From: Eledone cirrhosa
Lineage: Eukaryota
NCBI GenBank assembly: GCA_964016885.1
Contig: OZ024743.1
Location: forward strand, 252,588,001 to 252,652,000
Length of the DNA: 64,000 bases
Direction of reading: 5' to 3'
In this document: positions 40,855-53,913 of the stretch, piece by piece
How positions within the stretch are numbered: the stretch's first letter is position 1
Layout of the letters: each line of letters opens with the position of its first letter
Position numbers and translations under genes: made by a program
The notes under the pieces: model-generated
The model's input: only the letters and a program-made list of their open reading frames with translations
Database searches by the model: none
Told to the model about the DNA's origin: nothing

Positions 40855-42366
40855 TTGTTTCTACTTTTGGCACAAGGCCAGCAATTACCCTGTTCTGGTA
40901 CTTTATTTTATCGACCCGGTAAGGATGAAAGGCAAAGTTAACCTCGACGGGATTTGAGCTCAGACCGTAAAGGGACGTAACTATGCTGGAAAGCATGGCA
41001 TCCAAAAATGATAATGGTTTCTTATATAGACAGAAGGCCATCAATTTAGCGGGAGGGAAAAGTCGATTAAATCGACCACAGTGCTTAAATCGACCACTGG
41101 TACTTTATTTTATTGACCCCATAAGGATGAAAGGCAAAGTTAACCTCGGCAGGATTTGAACTCAGATCATAAAGGGCCATAACTCTATGCTGCAAAGCAG
41201 GGCGTCCGACCCTCTACCGATACTGCTAATCCACCGCCCTCACTCCAATAATAATATTATTAATGTTTATTGCAGTTTGATACTTCAGTGCTATACAAAG
41301 AATGACAGACATGAAGTATAATATTATTGATAATAATATTAATATAAATATAGATGATAATGATAATAATATAAAGATGAAAAATTAAAAGCAAAAAAGA
41401 TGATTTGGTAGTTCTATAGCATATTCTAGTGGGCAACATTTCTTCACTTTGAAACATTATGTAAATAGTATGGGTTTATGTTTTATAACAATGAAACAAT
41501 ACAACAAAAATACTACATTTCATGTATTTGATTATCTTACAATGATACAGGTGCTGCCTCCTCAGGAAACAAAACGAAGTCAAAGAAAAGCAAAACAGTA
41601 TTATTCCATGTCAAAATGTAATAGTCAAATGAATGAAACTATGCAAATAACAATTTAGTATTGATATAACGTTAATACCTGCATAAAAGATGACATTCTG
41701 GCTAATTGCTTTAGATTTATTATTAGCTAAGAACAATAAGTAAAAACACAACCAATATATAAAAAGAATTATTATCTTTCTCTTTGTAGGTTTCCCCTCC
41801 CCTTTACTTGCTGTTAAACCATACACTGTATTGTTTTACTTCCTTGTATTGTCCTCAACATCAGGAACACTTGTGGTCAATAAATGGAATCAATAATCAT
41901 TATCATCATTATTATTGTATGGTTGATTGACAGTATCACTAAAGGGTCGGACGCTATGCTTCGCAGCACAGAGTTATGGCCATTTACGGTCTCGGTTCAA
42001 ATCTCGACGAGGTTAACTTTGCCTTTAATCCTTAATGAGTCGATAAAATAAAGTACCAGTAATGCACTGGGATAATTGCTGGCCTTGTCCGAAAAGTAGA
42101 AACAATTGTTATCATTATTATTGTTTGGTGGATTGGAAGTATCGGTAGAGGGTTGGACGCCATGTTTTGCAGCATAGAGTTACGGTCCTTTACGATCTGA
42201 GTTCAAATCCCGCCGAGGTTAAGTTTGCCTTTCATCCTTACGGATTCGATAAAATAAAATACCAGTAAAGTACTGGGTCGATTTATTCGACTCTCCCCTA
42301 CCCCAAAATTGCTGACCTTGTGCCTAAAGTAGAAACAATTATATTTGTTGTCATTGTTGTTGTTGT

Positions 42367-42401
<35 letters not shown>

Positions 42402-43805
42402 TTTTTAGAGTGGTGGCTTGGCAGAATCAAAGACGTATCCGACAAAGTGCTTTGTGGCATTTGTTGTAACTCTTTAGATTCAGAGATTACATCCTGCTAA
42501 TGTCAACTTCACCTTTCATCTTTCTGAAGTCTATAAAATAAAGTACCAATCAAGTACTGGGGTTGATAAAGTCAACTTCATCTAAATTGCTGGCCTTGTA
42601 ACTAAAGACTGTTCTATTGGTCTTTTCTGCTACTTCTTCTGGTGGCACCATAACTGTTGCCTTCCAGCCTTCAACTTTTACTATTTCTTTGGCGTGGACT
42701 AATTCAGCATTATTATTTTCCCAGTGCTAATACGAGCGCATCTTTTTTATTCGCGTTTGCTTTTGTTGTTGGTGTAATTAATTTTTTCATTGGTTTGGTT
42801 CTTGTTGCTGTTGTTTTTACACTGCTGTAGTTGTTGATATTCATGTTTTTACTATAGTAGAAATTATTATTATCATTATTATTACAACATGTTTTGTGGC
42901 ATATAGTTACGTCCTTTTACCTTCTGAGTTCAAATCCCGCCGAGATTAACTTTACCTTTCATCCTTATGGGGTTGATAAAATAAAGTATCAGTCATGCAT
43001 TGGCGTCAATTTAATCGACTTTCTCCTTCCCCAAAGATTGATGGCCTAAAGCCTAAATCAGAAATTATTATTAACATTATTATAATTTTTCATTTACGGT
43101 TTGAGTTCAAATCCCATCGAGGTTAACTTTGCCTTTCATCCTTACGGGGTCGATAAAATAAAGTACCAGTAATGTACTGGGTTATTGCTGGCTTTGTGCC
43201 TAAAGTAGAAACAATTATTATTTTTCATTTACACACTGATGCTCTAGTTAACACTAGCTCATTTAAGTGAATCCCTATCAAGTTATATAACCTCAGATAG
43301 ACATTATTTGCTGTTCCCAAAACTGTTGTTTTTGCATAGTTGTCATGCTGAGACTATTACTATTATTATTAATATTTTCAACTAGTAATAACCACACCTT
43401 GGATATATCTCATTGGCCTTGGTATTGCCCCTGTGCAAATCACATCAAGGTTAGCTTTGTCTTTTATCTTTATGGTATCGATAAAATAAAGCACCAGTAA
43501 AGCACTTGGGTTGATTTAATTGACTTTCCACTCCCCCCAAATTGTTGGCATTGTGTCTCAATCAGAAATCATTATTATTATTATTATCACTAGGGCTATT
43601 TATTGGCAGTATCAGTAGACTGTTGGACAACATGATTTGTGGCATATAATTATGTCCCTTTACGTTCTGAGTTCAAACCCAGCAGAGGTTAGTTTGCCTT
43701 TCATTGTTATGGGCTCGATAAAATAAAGTACCAGTAATGCACTGGAGTCAATTTCATTGACTTTTCTCTCCCCAAAAATTGTTGACCTTGTGCCTAAATA
43801 AGAAA
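40855..43805. mobile_element. SINE-rich interval (about 10 copies or fragments of the TTA-tailed tRNA SINE)
   Basis: Repeated B-box GAGTTCAAATCCCG, core and tail. Reverse copies at 40855-41240 and forward copies at 41915-43805. Confidence 0.85.
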
Positions 43806-45980
43806 TGTTTCTTAGAGCAAACGCCTTAGTTCTGATAATGCAAACTTTGTGTTTTGCATTGAAGAAATGGTCTAATGCCATTCTCACTGCTAGCACATCA
43901 GTTGCAATGCCACTACAAATAGCCTCATCTAATTTAGCTTTCAGCTCCCCCCACTTTCTATTTTTGTCTAACGCTACCTCTTTACTAAAACCTGTCGATA
44001 TTACTTTAATCGCTCCTTTGAGAGCCCTATCATCAACTGTTGTTGACAACCTCCTGTCAACTTTTGCTTAACTATCTGGGTCCCTGTAAATTTTAAATGC
44101 CAGAATGACATGTTCAGTTTCCAGTAAGGAGGTTCTATTCTGTGTGCTCTATCTTGGTAAACCATGCAGATCACAAATTTGTGATCTTAATAGGCGACCA
44201 TTTGAAAATGTGGATAACCTATATAATCCTATTGACCAAATAAAAACCTATCTATATACGATCTAGATCACCCTATGTGGTTGGTCCAGGTCAACACCGG
44301 TGCATAAGAGAAATCTAGTTGGTATCTGTCAGACAGTTGGAAGTGGCTGATCAGATACTTGTAGGAGTAGAGCGACATTTGTACAAGTAGTAAATCTTCT
44401 GGCACACGGAAAGTATTTGTTCAAAATATCTCATTCTCCTTTTCTATGTCTTGCCTTCATGCTACATGGGCCATTAAGTCCTTGTTAGCCCTTCTTACAA
44501 GCACGAAGTTGTGTGTCTTATTTTGTTCTTGTGTTTGTTGTAGTTCTTTGCATTTGGGGGATCGTGGTGGTGGTGGTTATGGTGCTGGTGGAATTGGTGT
44601 TGTTGTGGAAGTGTTTGTTCTGTATGTTGTGTCTGCTTCATCCTCATCCTGGAAGATGAATTGTCTCTGTCTGTAAGTGTGTCTCTGTCTGTAAGTATCT
44701 CTGTGTCTGTGTTTGTTTCCCCCTGGGTGGTCAACGTTGGTTGTGGCATTTCCGTTGGTATTGCCAGTGCTGGTGATGGGGCTGATCAGAAGCAACAGAT
44801 ATTTGTGGCCCTCTGCAGTTATCAGCTGGGGGCAAAAGGCTCACAGATGTGTGGTATCACCACAAACATAACAGTGTAGTCGTTTTATCTCTGTTATTAC
44901 TTGTATTTTGTATACGTCCGGCAATTTGATATGGCCCGGTCTGATTTGGAGAAGAATTTGCAAACCAGTCCTGGACCACCTCTCCCAGTCTGTAAATTTG
45001 ACATTGAGAAAGGTCCCTCTGCCATAACACATGCCAGGAGCCAGCATAGGTCTAGTCCTGGTAGAATCCTGGGAACATGGCTCCTTACTGACCTCCTCCC
45101 TATGTATGATGGGTACATGATTATTTGGTCCGTTTTGCAGAGGAACACAAAATGCTTGATAGCAAGGAACTCAGTTTTGAGGAGCACAAAGACGCTCCCC
45201 AATTGTTTGTTTCTTGCTATATCTTCAATGTCATTATTGATGCACTTCTGTTGAGCCTGAACCTGTCCTTCAGAGGTTGTCTCAACTTTGCGAGATTTCA
45301 TTGAAATGCATCTATATTTCAGCATTCTCCTCTCCTATGTTACCATTACCTCTGCCAGGATGTTTAAGTTGGCCCAGGTCTTTTCACTTGTTTTATTTTT
45401 TTCCACTTAGGCCAAACGTTCATTTTTTTCTGTTGAATGAAAGTTGTATAGAATTTGAATCTTTGCTTCTGTGGTTGCGAAAATACTCCTGTTTACGTTG
45501 TGGCTGCGAAAGTACTCCTGTTTACGTTGTTGCTGCTATTGTTGTTGTCATTCTTTTTGTTGCTGCTGTTTTACTGCTTTTTGTTGTTCCTGGTAGTGTT
45601 GTCATTGTTTGTGTTATTCTTGGTATTGTCTTTGTTGCTGTTGTTGATGGGGTTATTGTCTTTATTGTTCTCAGTTGTTGTTGGTGTTTGCAATGGTTGT
45701 GGCAGGGGCGGTGTTATTCCTTTCAATATTTAAATCACTGTAACATGATAGCCAACTTAATGGCATATTCAATCCTTGTTTTATCAGACAAAACATTTTT
45801 CAAAAAAAAATGTAAAGTTCAAATATTTGGGCCCAATATTATTTGGAGTTCCTTCTTGGGGGCAAAGAATACACTCTTATGCCCCTTTTGAAACCCAAAA
45901 TATTAACAATAAAAGGATTTAAATACATTAAATTAACAAACACATGCTCACAATAGTACATCTTTTCACTTCAAACACCG
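43805..45980 (-). mobile_element. Degenerate Tx1-like LINE of a different family (5' UTR, ORF1, partial APE/tether)
   Basis: Knuckle CYVCGDTTHL and ALDHFFNAKH similar to copies 1 and 2. The 5' end abuts (TAA)n at about 45981. Confidence 0.72.
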
Positions 45981-46039
45981 ATAATAATAATAATAATAAT
46001 ACAAATAATAATAATAAATATTAATAATAATAATCATAA

Positions 46040-46722
46040 TTTCTTTATTATTGGCCACAAGGGCCGAATATAGAGGACAATACAAAAAAGGGAACAGTGG
46101 GGGTTTACATATATTCAAGTAAAAATTATAAACAAAAACAATTAACAAAAAATATCAACAACAGAATTCCCCCAATAAGGGGGTATACCACCCAAGGCTG
46201 ACCTTAGGAACCCCACAAATCCCAACCCACATCATCTCCTAGAGCACCCTAAGTGAGTGCCCCTCTCTCTCTCGATCCTTCCAGCCTACAGGAGCATGAT
46301 CAGAGTAGGCCCATTTTCACGGGCCATCTTCGCAGCAACCACCCACCTTTAAAAAAGAATCTGGGGGGAAACATTTCTCTCTCCACCCTTATCTTCCTTT
46401 TGAAGTGGAACTTAAAAAAGTTGACAAGGGCTTGGCCGAAGGGGAAAGTGTCTGTCTTCAGACCTTTCAGTCATGTCCACCACACAACCTCTTTCGCTAC
46501 AGCTATCAGACAGAGGAAAACTACCTGCTCTTCCCAGCCAAAAGAAGGCGGCGGAGTGATCTTCAAAATGGACTCAGTCAATAGGTGAATTGGCCCCACA
46601 TGCGATAACAGCTGTTCGATATAACTCCATAAGTCAGCAATACATAGGCACTGGACGAGTGCATGCAAAACGGTTTTGTCGCTCTGCGCGCATCTCAGAC
46701 AGCTCTGAGATGCATTAGCCAC
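46040..46722 (-). mobile_element. Tx1-like LINE 3' fragment (diverged family)
   Basis: CLRCAQSDKTVLHALVQC..AKEVVWWT. The 3' end is CCCTTGTGGCCAATAATAAAGAAA plus an ATT-rich tail. Confidence 0.82.
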
Positions 46723-47115
46723 CATGCTTTGCAGCACAGGGTTATGGCCCTTTTTGGTCTGAGTTCAAATCTGCTGAGGTTAACTTTGCATTCATCCTTA
46801 CAGAGTTGATAAAATAAAGCACTAGTAATGCACTGGAATAATTAATGGCATTGTGTTAAAATTAGACGTGTATTTTGAAGCTCCATGAGTTACTGAATTT
46901 CAGTTGATTTCTTAGTTTGTATTTGCTAATTTTTTTTGCTAATAATAATAATGATAATAATAATAATAATGATAATAATAATAATAATAATTATAATGAT
47001 TTCTTTATTCAAGAAAAACATTACAGACGGCACAGGACGGTACAGGACGGTACGATGTGGGTTTTGTGCGTGTAAAGATTTTTATTATTTATATAAGAAA
47101 AGAAAAAAAAAGGAC

Positions 47116-47262
47116 AATAAGAATTATTCTATCATAGTTGTTTTAAATAAGTAAAAATCAAATGGAAGAAAACGCACATGGTGGATATATCGTTGTGGAA
47201 TCGCTCCCGTAAGTTTTTGATTTTTACTTATTTAAAACAACTGTGATAGAATAATTCTTATT
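47116..47262. repeat. Inverted repeat (about 45-bp arms, about 55-bp spacer), MITE-like
   Basis: ATAAGAATTATTCTATCATAGTTGTTTTAAATAAGTAAAAATCAAA is mirrored at about 47215-47261. Confidence 0.8.
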
Positions 47263-47879
47263 ACAAATGAAGTATAAGATTACAGTTTTACGCTCAACAA
47301 GCCACAACGCATCACATTACGGCATAGGGCCCCAATATTTAATATTTAATTTTGGATCAGAAATGTTATAGTCGAAAAAGAGAAAAATGGAAAAATGGCT
47401 AAGTGTACAGACAGGCAAATCATTTCATCACCAACACCACCTCCGCCACCATCACCACTACCACGCCAAAAACTCTAGTCAAGTTACCTTAACTTCTATT
47501 TCTACTTCAACTTCAACACCATCACTACAGTACTACGATCACATCACCACCACCACTGCCTCATTATCGCTACCGCCGCTATTCTCTCCCACTACCTCCT
47601 GCTAAGTACTACTAGCACATCACCACCACCACCACGACCACTGCCTCATTATCGCTACTGCCGCTATTCTCTCCCACTACCTCCTGCTAAGACATGCATC
47701 GTAGTGTCCCCTCTAAAAGAGGAAGGCATCAAAAGATATAAATAGACTGATTTTATGACCCGGTCAAAAAATTAAAAAACCAAAAATCAAAGTCAAAACA
47801 GCACAGCAACAACGAAAAACGTAAAGAAAAGAAAAATGAAAAGAAAAACAAACAGACAGACAGAGAAGGAAAAAAAAAC

Positions 47880-49607
47880 TAAGTCAGACATTCAAACATG
47901 GTGATGGTGTTGGTGGTGTTGATGTTGGCGTTATTGGAGAGGTGTTTGCGTGGGTGGTGTCTGCGTTTTTTATTGCGGGTTCTTTTGTGTTTTGTTGAGT
48001 TTTTTTTTTCTTTTTGTGTTTCCTTTTTTGTATTTTGGGGGATTTTGGATTTCCCTCATTTTCACTACTGGTAGATGAGGGATCTGTGTTTGTAATTATG
48101 TCTGTATTTATGTTTATGATTTTATTGGTGTGTGTATTTGGGGGGGGGGGGGGATTTGACAGCTTTCCTCGTTTCCCCCCTGGGTGGTCAATGTTGGTGG
48201 TGGTCTTTCTATTGGTGTTGTTGTTGGTGGTTTTGCCGGTGCTGGGGTTGGTTGTGGTCCTCGCCCCGGCGTCGGCAGCAGTGGAGCCTTTCGACCCCTT
48301 GCCTCTTTCAGCAGTTGAGGGCAGAAGGCTCGCAAATGGGTTTTTTCCCCACAAACAATACACTGCGGCCTTTTGCCTTCGGTCATAATGTGAATGACCG
48401 TCCCATTGTGAAGGCGGATGTGGTCCGGGATTGTCTTCACATTCTCGGGCCTGATCTGGAGAAGGATCTCCAGGTCAACACCGGACCAATCCTCTCTGGC
48501 CGTTCTGGTCACTTCTATAAGGACTGTATCCGTCCCCTCCACAATCACACATCCCAGAAGCCACCACATGTCAAGTCCTGGTGGGATTCTGGGAATGCGG
48601 AGACGGGCTGTTCTTTTTCCCATGTGGGAGGAGTACATTATGACCTTGCTGGTTTTGCAAGGAGTCATAGCGTGTTTCATAGCGAGGGCTTCTGACTTGA
48701 ACAACACCGAAATGGTGCCGTACTGTCTGCCCCTCTCTATGTACTGGGTGTCTTCTCTGATGCACCTCAGCGCGACATCGACATCTTCTTGTGGGATTAA
48801 AGCTGCCCTTTTGGTTTGTGCTGAGATGCATCTATAATGCACCGTTTTGCGCTCCACTGCCTCAATAGCTTCTACCAGGACAGTTAAGTTGGCCCAAGTT
48901 TGCTCTTGCTTGAAGAGCTTCCATGCCTGGGCCAACTTTTCATCTTTGTTTGAGAGGTCCATGTTGAAGCATGGTCTCTTTTTTGCTGCTGCCGCAGAGA
49001 AAGTGTTCTTCTTGTTTTCGTTGGGGGTGTTGTTGTCGTTGTTCTTGTTGGTGTTGTTGTTAGCACTGTCGCTGTTATCATTTTTGTCTTTGTTGCCACC
49101 GTTGTTCTCGGTTCAGTTGGTATTGTTGCTGTTGTCGCTATTTGTTTTCATGTTAGTGGTGTTGATATTGTTGTTGTATTTGTTTTTTTTATTTTTGTTA
49201 TCTGTATTTTCGATGCCGCTGTTACTGTAATTTTTTTCAAAATTAGATTTCTCATTGGTATCATTGGTGTCTTTGTTTACATTGTTTGAGGTGGGGTTTG
49301 TGTTATCAATGTGTGTTAATTTCGCTGTAGCGCTCCTCTCAACTTCTACGTCGTTGTCGCACGACAGCCGACATATCGCTGGGGGGCGTGGCTCAGCCTT
49401 GTTTTTATTTCTTCGTAAATTTTTTAACATGTAAAAGAAAAGTTCAAATATTTGGGCCAAAAGGCCCAAATATTATACTTTCCCCTTCACAGGGCAAAGT
49501 CTAAGGGCTTATATCCCTTACACAACAAGAAATATTTAACAACAAATAATTTTAACAGGCAAATAAAGCGACTTGCTGTTAGCGAGCAAAATACGTCCGC
49601 TTAGACC
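47880..49607 (-). mobile_element. 5' portion (UTR + ORF1) of another Tx1-like LINE family
   Basis: ORF 48114-48962 has IERGRQYGTISVLF and CIVCGEKTHLRAFCPQ, homologous to ORF1 of copies 1 and 2. The 5' end abuts (TAA)n at 49608. Confidence 0.82.
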
Positions 49608-49629
49608 AATAATAATAATAATAATAATA

Positions 49630-50170
49630 ATTTCTTTATTAGCCACACAGGACTCACATTAAGGAAACATTATAGACAATACAGGATGATGCGGTGTGGG
49701 TTTTCCTTTGTGTAAAATAAAATTTATAAAAGAGTCTAAGAAAATAAACTTTTAAAATAAATATAACAACTTCCCTAAAGTTGAGGTGACTCTAAGGGTC
49801 ACTCATGTAGAAATCTCACAAAAGCCACGGTCACCCTGTCCGTCGGGACAAAATGCCCTCTCTCAGTTTTTTTACTCCAATCTACAGGCATATGCTCAAG
49901 GCAGGTTCATTCACATGGACCATGCTCGCCTCTCTCATCCACCTTTCAACAAACTGGTTGGAAGACAGAATTTCCCTCTCCACCCTGATTTTCTTCTTCA
50001 AGTGAAATCTGAAAAAGTTAATCAGGGTTTCTCTGAAGAGGAAGTTGGATGTCTTCAATCCTTTCAAATGCGTCCACCACATGAGCTCTTTTGCCATAGC
50101 CACCAAGCAGATAAAAACTGCCTGTCCCTCCCCTTTAAAGAAGAATGGTGGGGCAGTCTTCACAATTGAC
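49630..50170 (-). mobile_element. Tx1-like LINE 3' fragment
   Basis: GQAVFICLVAMAKELMWWT..FHLKKKIRVERE. The 3' end is TGTGGCTAATAAAGAAA+(TTA)n. Confidence 0.82.
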
Positions 50171-51054
50171 TCATATTGTGCCTATATAAGAAACCATTAT
50201 TGTTAGACAATAAGAAAGCTTACTTCACAGGAAAATGTGTATATCTATGTTTATTTTGGAAATGGCTTTTTTTCTATAAATTTTGTTGTTAAACTGCTGT
50301 ATTGTTGATGTTAATATATAAATTTACTGAGAATCTTTGATAGAGTTCACATCATAGAAATCTTATTTTCTTTTTCTTTTTCATTTTTTTGTTTCAATTC
50401 AGTTATGTGATTGTATGTTTAGAACAACAACATTCAACAACCAAAACAATATCAACAATAATAACAGCACTCAGAACCACACCATAAACAATAACAACAA
50501 CCACAAAAATAACAGTCACAATTAGAACTGTAGCAGCACCCACAATATCAACACCAAAAAAGAACAACACCCACAAAATAACAACATTCATAACCCCAAC
50601 AGCAAAACCACAACAACATTCTCAACAACAAGACCCACAAAAACAACAACAACATTGGCAACCCCAATAGCAACTACAGCAACCACAACAACACCCACAA
50701 TAACAAACTCAACATTAACAAAATGCTTACAAGTAAAACTATAATAATTTTTTTTTTAATATCATTGAAAATATCAGCTCAAAAAAATGAATACCCCAAA
50801 ACTTGTCAAATATATTTTGATGGTTGAAACCATTTTTAGTTTGTGGGGTGAGCATGTCACTTTCCACCTCTCCTTTCTCTCTCATATGAATTTGGTATTT
50901 ATATTATATATATGTCATATAGAATCTGTTTTTATGTATTTATATATTGAAAAAATATATTTTGTTGTTTTTTGCAATATATTGTTATTTTTTTTTCGCT
51001 TCTGTTTTTAGTTTGTGTTTTGGTGTAGCAATTTTATTGTTGTAAGTTGTTTTC

Positions 51055-51325
51055 TGGATGATAGTGGTGATGGGGGTGAGGGCCTATATGGTTGTTATAG
51101 TGGTGATGGTGGTAGTGGCGGTGGTAATGATGATGGCAGTGGTGAAAGTGTTGGAAAGAATGGTGGTGGTAGTGGTTGTGGTAGTGATGGTGAAAGTAGT
51201 GGTGATGGTGATGATGATGGCAGTGGTGAAAGTAGTGGAAGTGATGATTGTGGTAGTGGTGATGGTGATGATGATGGTAGTGGCGATGGTTGCTATGAGG
51301 ATGATGGTGGTAAAGGTAGTGGGAC
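51055..51325. repeat. (GGT/GAT/AGT) trinucleotide low-complexity tract
   Basis: Direct reading. Confidence 0.85.
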
Positions 51326-51594
51326 AATGATAATATTTTTATCTTTGCCACAAGGTTATCAAAAATAGAATATTACAAGACTGTAACACCACAAAATAAA
51401 CAAGGAACTGAGTTTGAAAACACACATACACACACACACACACACACACATATAAGTGCATGGGAGTGTGTATTTTTGTATGTGCATACACACATATATA
51501 TATATAAATACTTATATATGTGCGTGCGTGGGTAGAAATATATGTATGCATGTGTATTACCATATATTTATATATAAAGATATATATATATACA

Positions 51595-51666
<72 letters not shown>

Positions 51667-52215
51667 TGTATATATATATATCTTTATATATAAATATATA
51701 GTAATACACATGCATACATATATTTCTACCCACACATGTAGATACATATATACATAAATACATATATATATATATACACAAGTATACACAATAGTAACAA
51801 TAACAACAATATCCATATTAATGATTGGGATGATGATGATGATGCTGCTTCTGACATTTTTTTAGTTTGTATTCATTGTAACTACAGCAATATAAACAAA
51901 AATAATGAAGACACCAACGACTATAACTTCAATAAAAACAACAACAATATAGTATACTTGTTGTTTTCTTTAAGGAACAAGAGTTACAGGAGAAAATTCT
52001 AGAATTCAGCATGTACCACACCAACTGATACAACATTGCTTAAAGCTCATAGAAAAGCTTACACTTCAATTACAATCAATAATATATATATATAAACATA
52101 TATATAAACATATATATATATATATATATAAACATATATATATATACATATATAAATTATATATATATATATATATATAAACATATATATATATACATAT
52201 ATAAATTATATAAAT

Positions 52216-52290
<75 letters not shown>

Positions 52291-52932
52291 ATATATATAT
52301 ATGCATATACATATATACATATGCATATGTATATATATATATATGCATATACAATATATTAACAAATGGAAACTATATTTATTAAACCATATTTATTTCC
52401 TTATACATATTTCAAGGGCCACCAAGGCAAACTATGGTGCGCTTTCATCATATAAAATATAATATAGGTTAGTTTTATAAATAAATATTGACATACCCTG
52501 AAAAAATGCAACCATTCTGGTTGGAATCTGGATATTTACTCCAATAATTTGTTGAGTGCTTTATATCAGTTATAAAAATATTTTGCTTGTTGTATCCCAA
52601 CAAATTAAATATAACCTCTACATATATGCATATATATATATTTATATATATATATATTTATCTGTATATATATATATATATTTATGTATATATATATATG
52701 GAACTCTTAGTACAGCTGATACTTAAATATAAGTATGTATACATACATATATGTATACAGATGTACAGTACTATGTATATTCATACATACAGGCACACAT
52801 ATATATATGTATGTATGGGTTTACCGAACATTTATTATGATGCTTGGTTTGTTTTTAAAAAAACAGCCTGAATTATTAGCCATACAGTGTTCGGCAACCA
52901 TCGTTGCCATTTTGTACAACACTGACAAAGGA

Positions 52933-52975
52933 ACGATGAACTAGTTTCTAGCTCATTAGCTGTCATCAGCACCGT
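52933..52975 (-). ncRNA. Type I hammerhead ribozyme (element A, left arm)
   Basis: Minus strand: ACGGTG-CTGATGA-C-AGCT-AATG-AGCT-A-GAA-ACTAGT-T|CATCGT. Confidence 0.8.
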
Positions 52976-53103
52976 ATACCTTCCTGTCAGTTTATTGCAC
53001 GTTTGAAAGTATATACTTTCCTTATGCATATTAATGGCTGAGCAGCCTAATTTGCATATCGAGTGAGTTAGTCGGCTGTTCAATCAACTGACAGGAAGGT
53101 TAT

Positions 53104-53146
53104 ATGGTGCTGATGACAGCTAATAAGCTAGAAACTAGTCCATCGT
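53104..53146 (+). ncRNA. Type I hammerhead ribozyme (element A, right arm)
   Basis: ATGGTG-CTGATGA-C-AGCT-AATA-AGCT-A-GAA-ACTAGT-C|CATCGT. Stem III is palindromic, and the GUC cleavage triplet ends at 53140. Confidence 0.82.
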
Positions 53147-53353
53147 TCCTTTGTCAGTGTTGAACAAAATGGCAACGATGGTTGCCGAACACTGTACGGC
53201 TAATAATTTGGGCTGTTTGTTTACAAACAAACCGAGCATTATAATAAATGTTCGGTAAACCCATACGTACATATATATATGTGTGCATGTATGTATGTAT
53301 ATACATACTACTGTACGTCTGTATACATGTATGTATGTACGTATACATAGTTA

Positions 53354-53407
<54 letters not shown>

Positions 53408-53565
53408 CATATATATATATATACATATATACATAAAATGTAAATCTGAGTTTTTCAAATATTAATAATAATATTCGATTCATTTGCAATGATCCAAACT
53501 GCCTCATAAGCCATGTGAGTAGAACAACCTTGTCATTCTTGCTTTTGTGTTGGCATATAAACAGA

Positions 53566-53612
53566 ATGGCAGACACTAATGTTTCTGGGTGATTACCCTT
53601 CATCTGTACTGT
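53566..53612 (-). ncRNA. Hammerhead ribozyme with mutated core (element B, left arm)
   Basis: Minus strand: ACAGTA-CAGATGA-A-GGGT-AATC-ACCC-A-GAA-ACA-TTAG-TGT-C|TGCCAT. U4 is changed to A and stem I is weakened. Confidence 0.65.
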
Positions 53613-53866
53613 ATACTGCTTAACTGTCAGCAAGTCAGAGCTAGTGAAAATATATGATATTTTCTGGAATATACTGTGACTGATAGGCCTGATCAGCATA
53701 TCACTCAGATCTGCATATTAGCACACCCACTCATCAGTCAGATTTCCATATCAGGAGAGATAGGCCGGTCAGTTTTATGTATATGGGCGATTAATGGTCA
53801 GGTTTGCCATAGTCAATTAACTAACAAATAGTTTTATCACTCTGACAGTTGGCAGGTAAGCAGTAT

Positions 53867-53913
53867 ACGGTACTGATGAAGGGTAATAACCCAGAAACAT
53901 CAGTGTCTGCCGT
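53867..53913 (+). ncRNA. Type I hammerhead ribozyme (element B, right arm)
   Basis: ACGGTA-CTGATGA-A-GGGT-AATA-ACCC-A-GAA-ACA-TCAG-TGT-C|TGCCGT. All three stems pair, and the GUC triplet ends at 53907. Confidence 0.85.

Larger units (their letters stand above)
52735..53348. mobile_element. Palindromic element A: two inverted arms of about 265 bp, each with an outward-facing hammerhead ribozyme
   Basis: Arms at about 52735-53000 and 53078-53348 are reverse complements with scattered substitutions. The spacer is about 77 bp. The element is embedded in (TA)n. Confidence 0.85.

Noticed and set aside
51015-51368. Gly/Asp-rich or His-rich protein
   Set aside because: A trinucleotide low-complexity tract open in several frames, with no coding evidence.
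52385-52456. Fibronectin type II-like peptide (FPYTYF..GKLWCA)
   Set aside because: Too short, missing cysteines, ends in a stop, and has no supporting exon structure.
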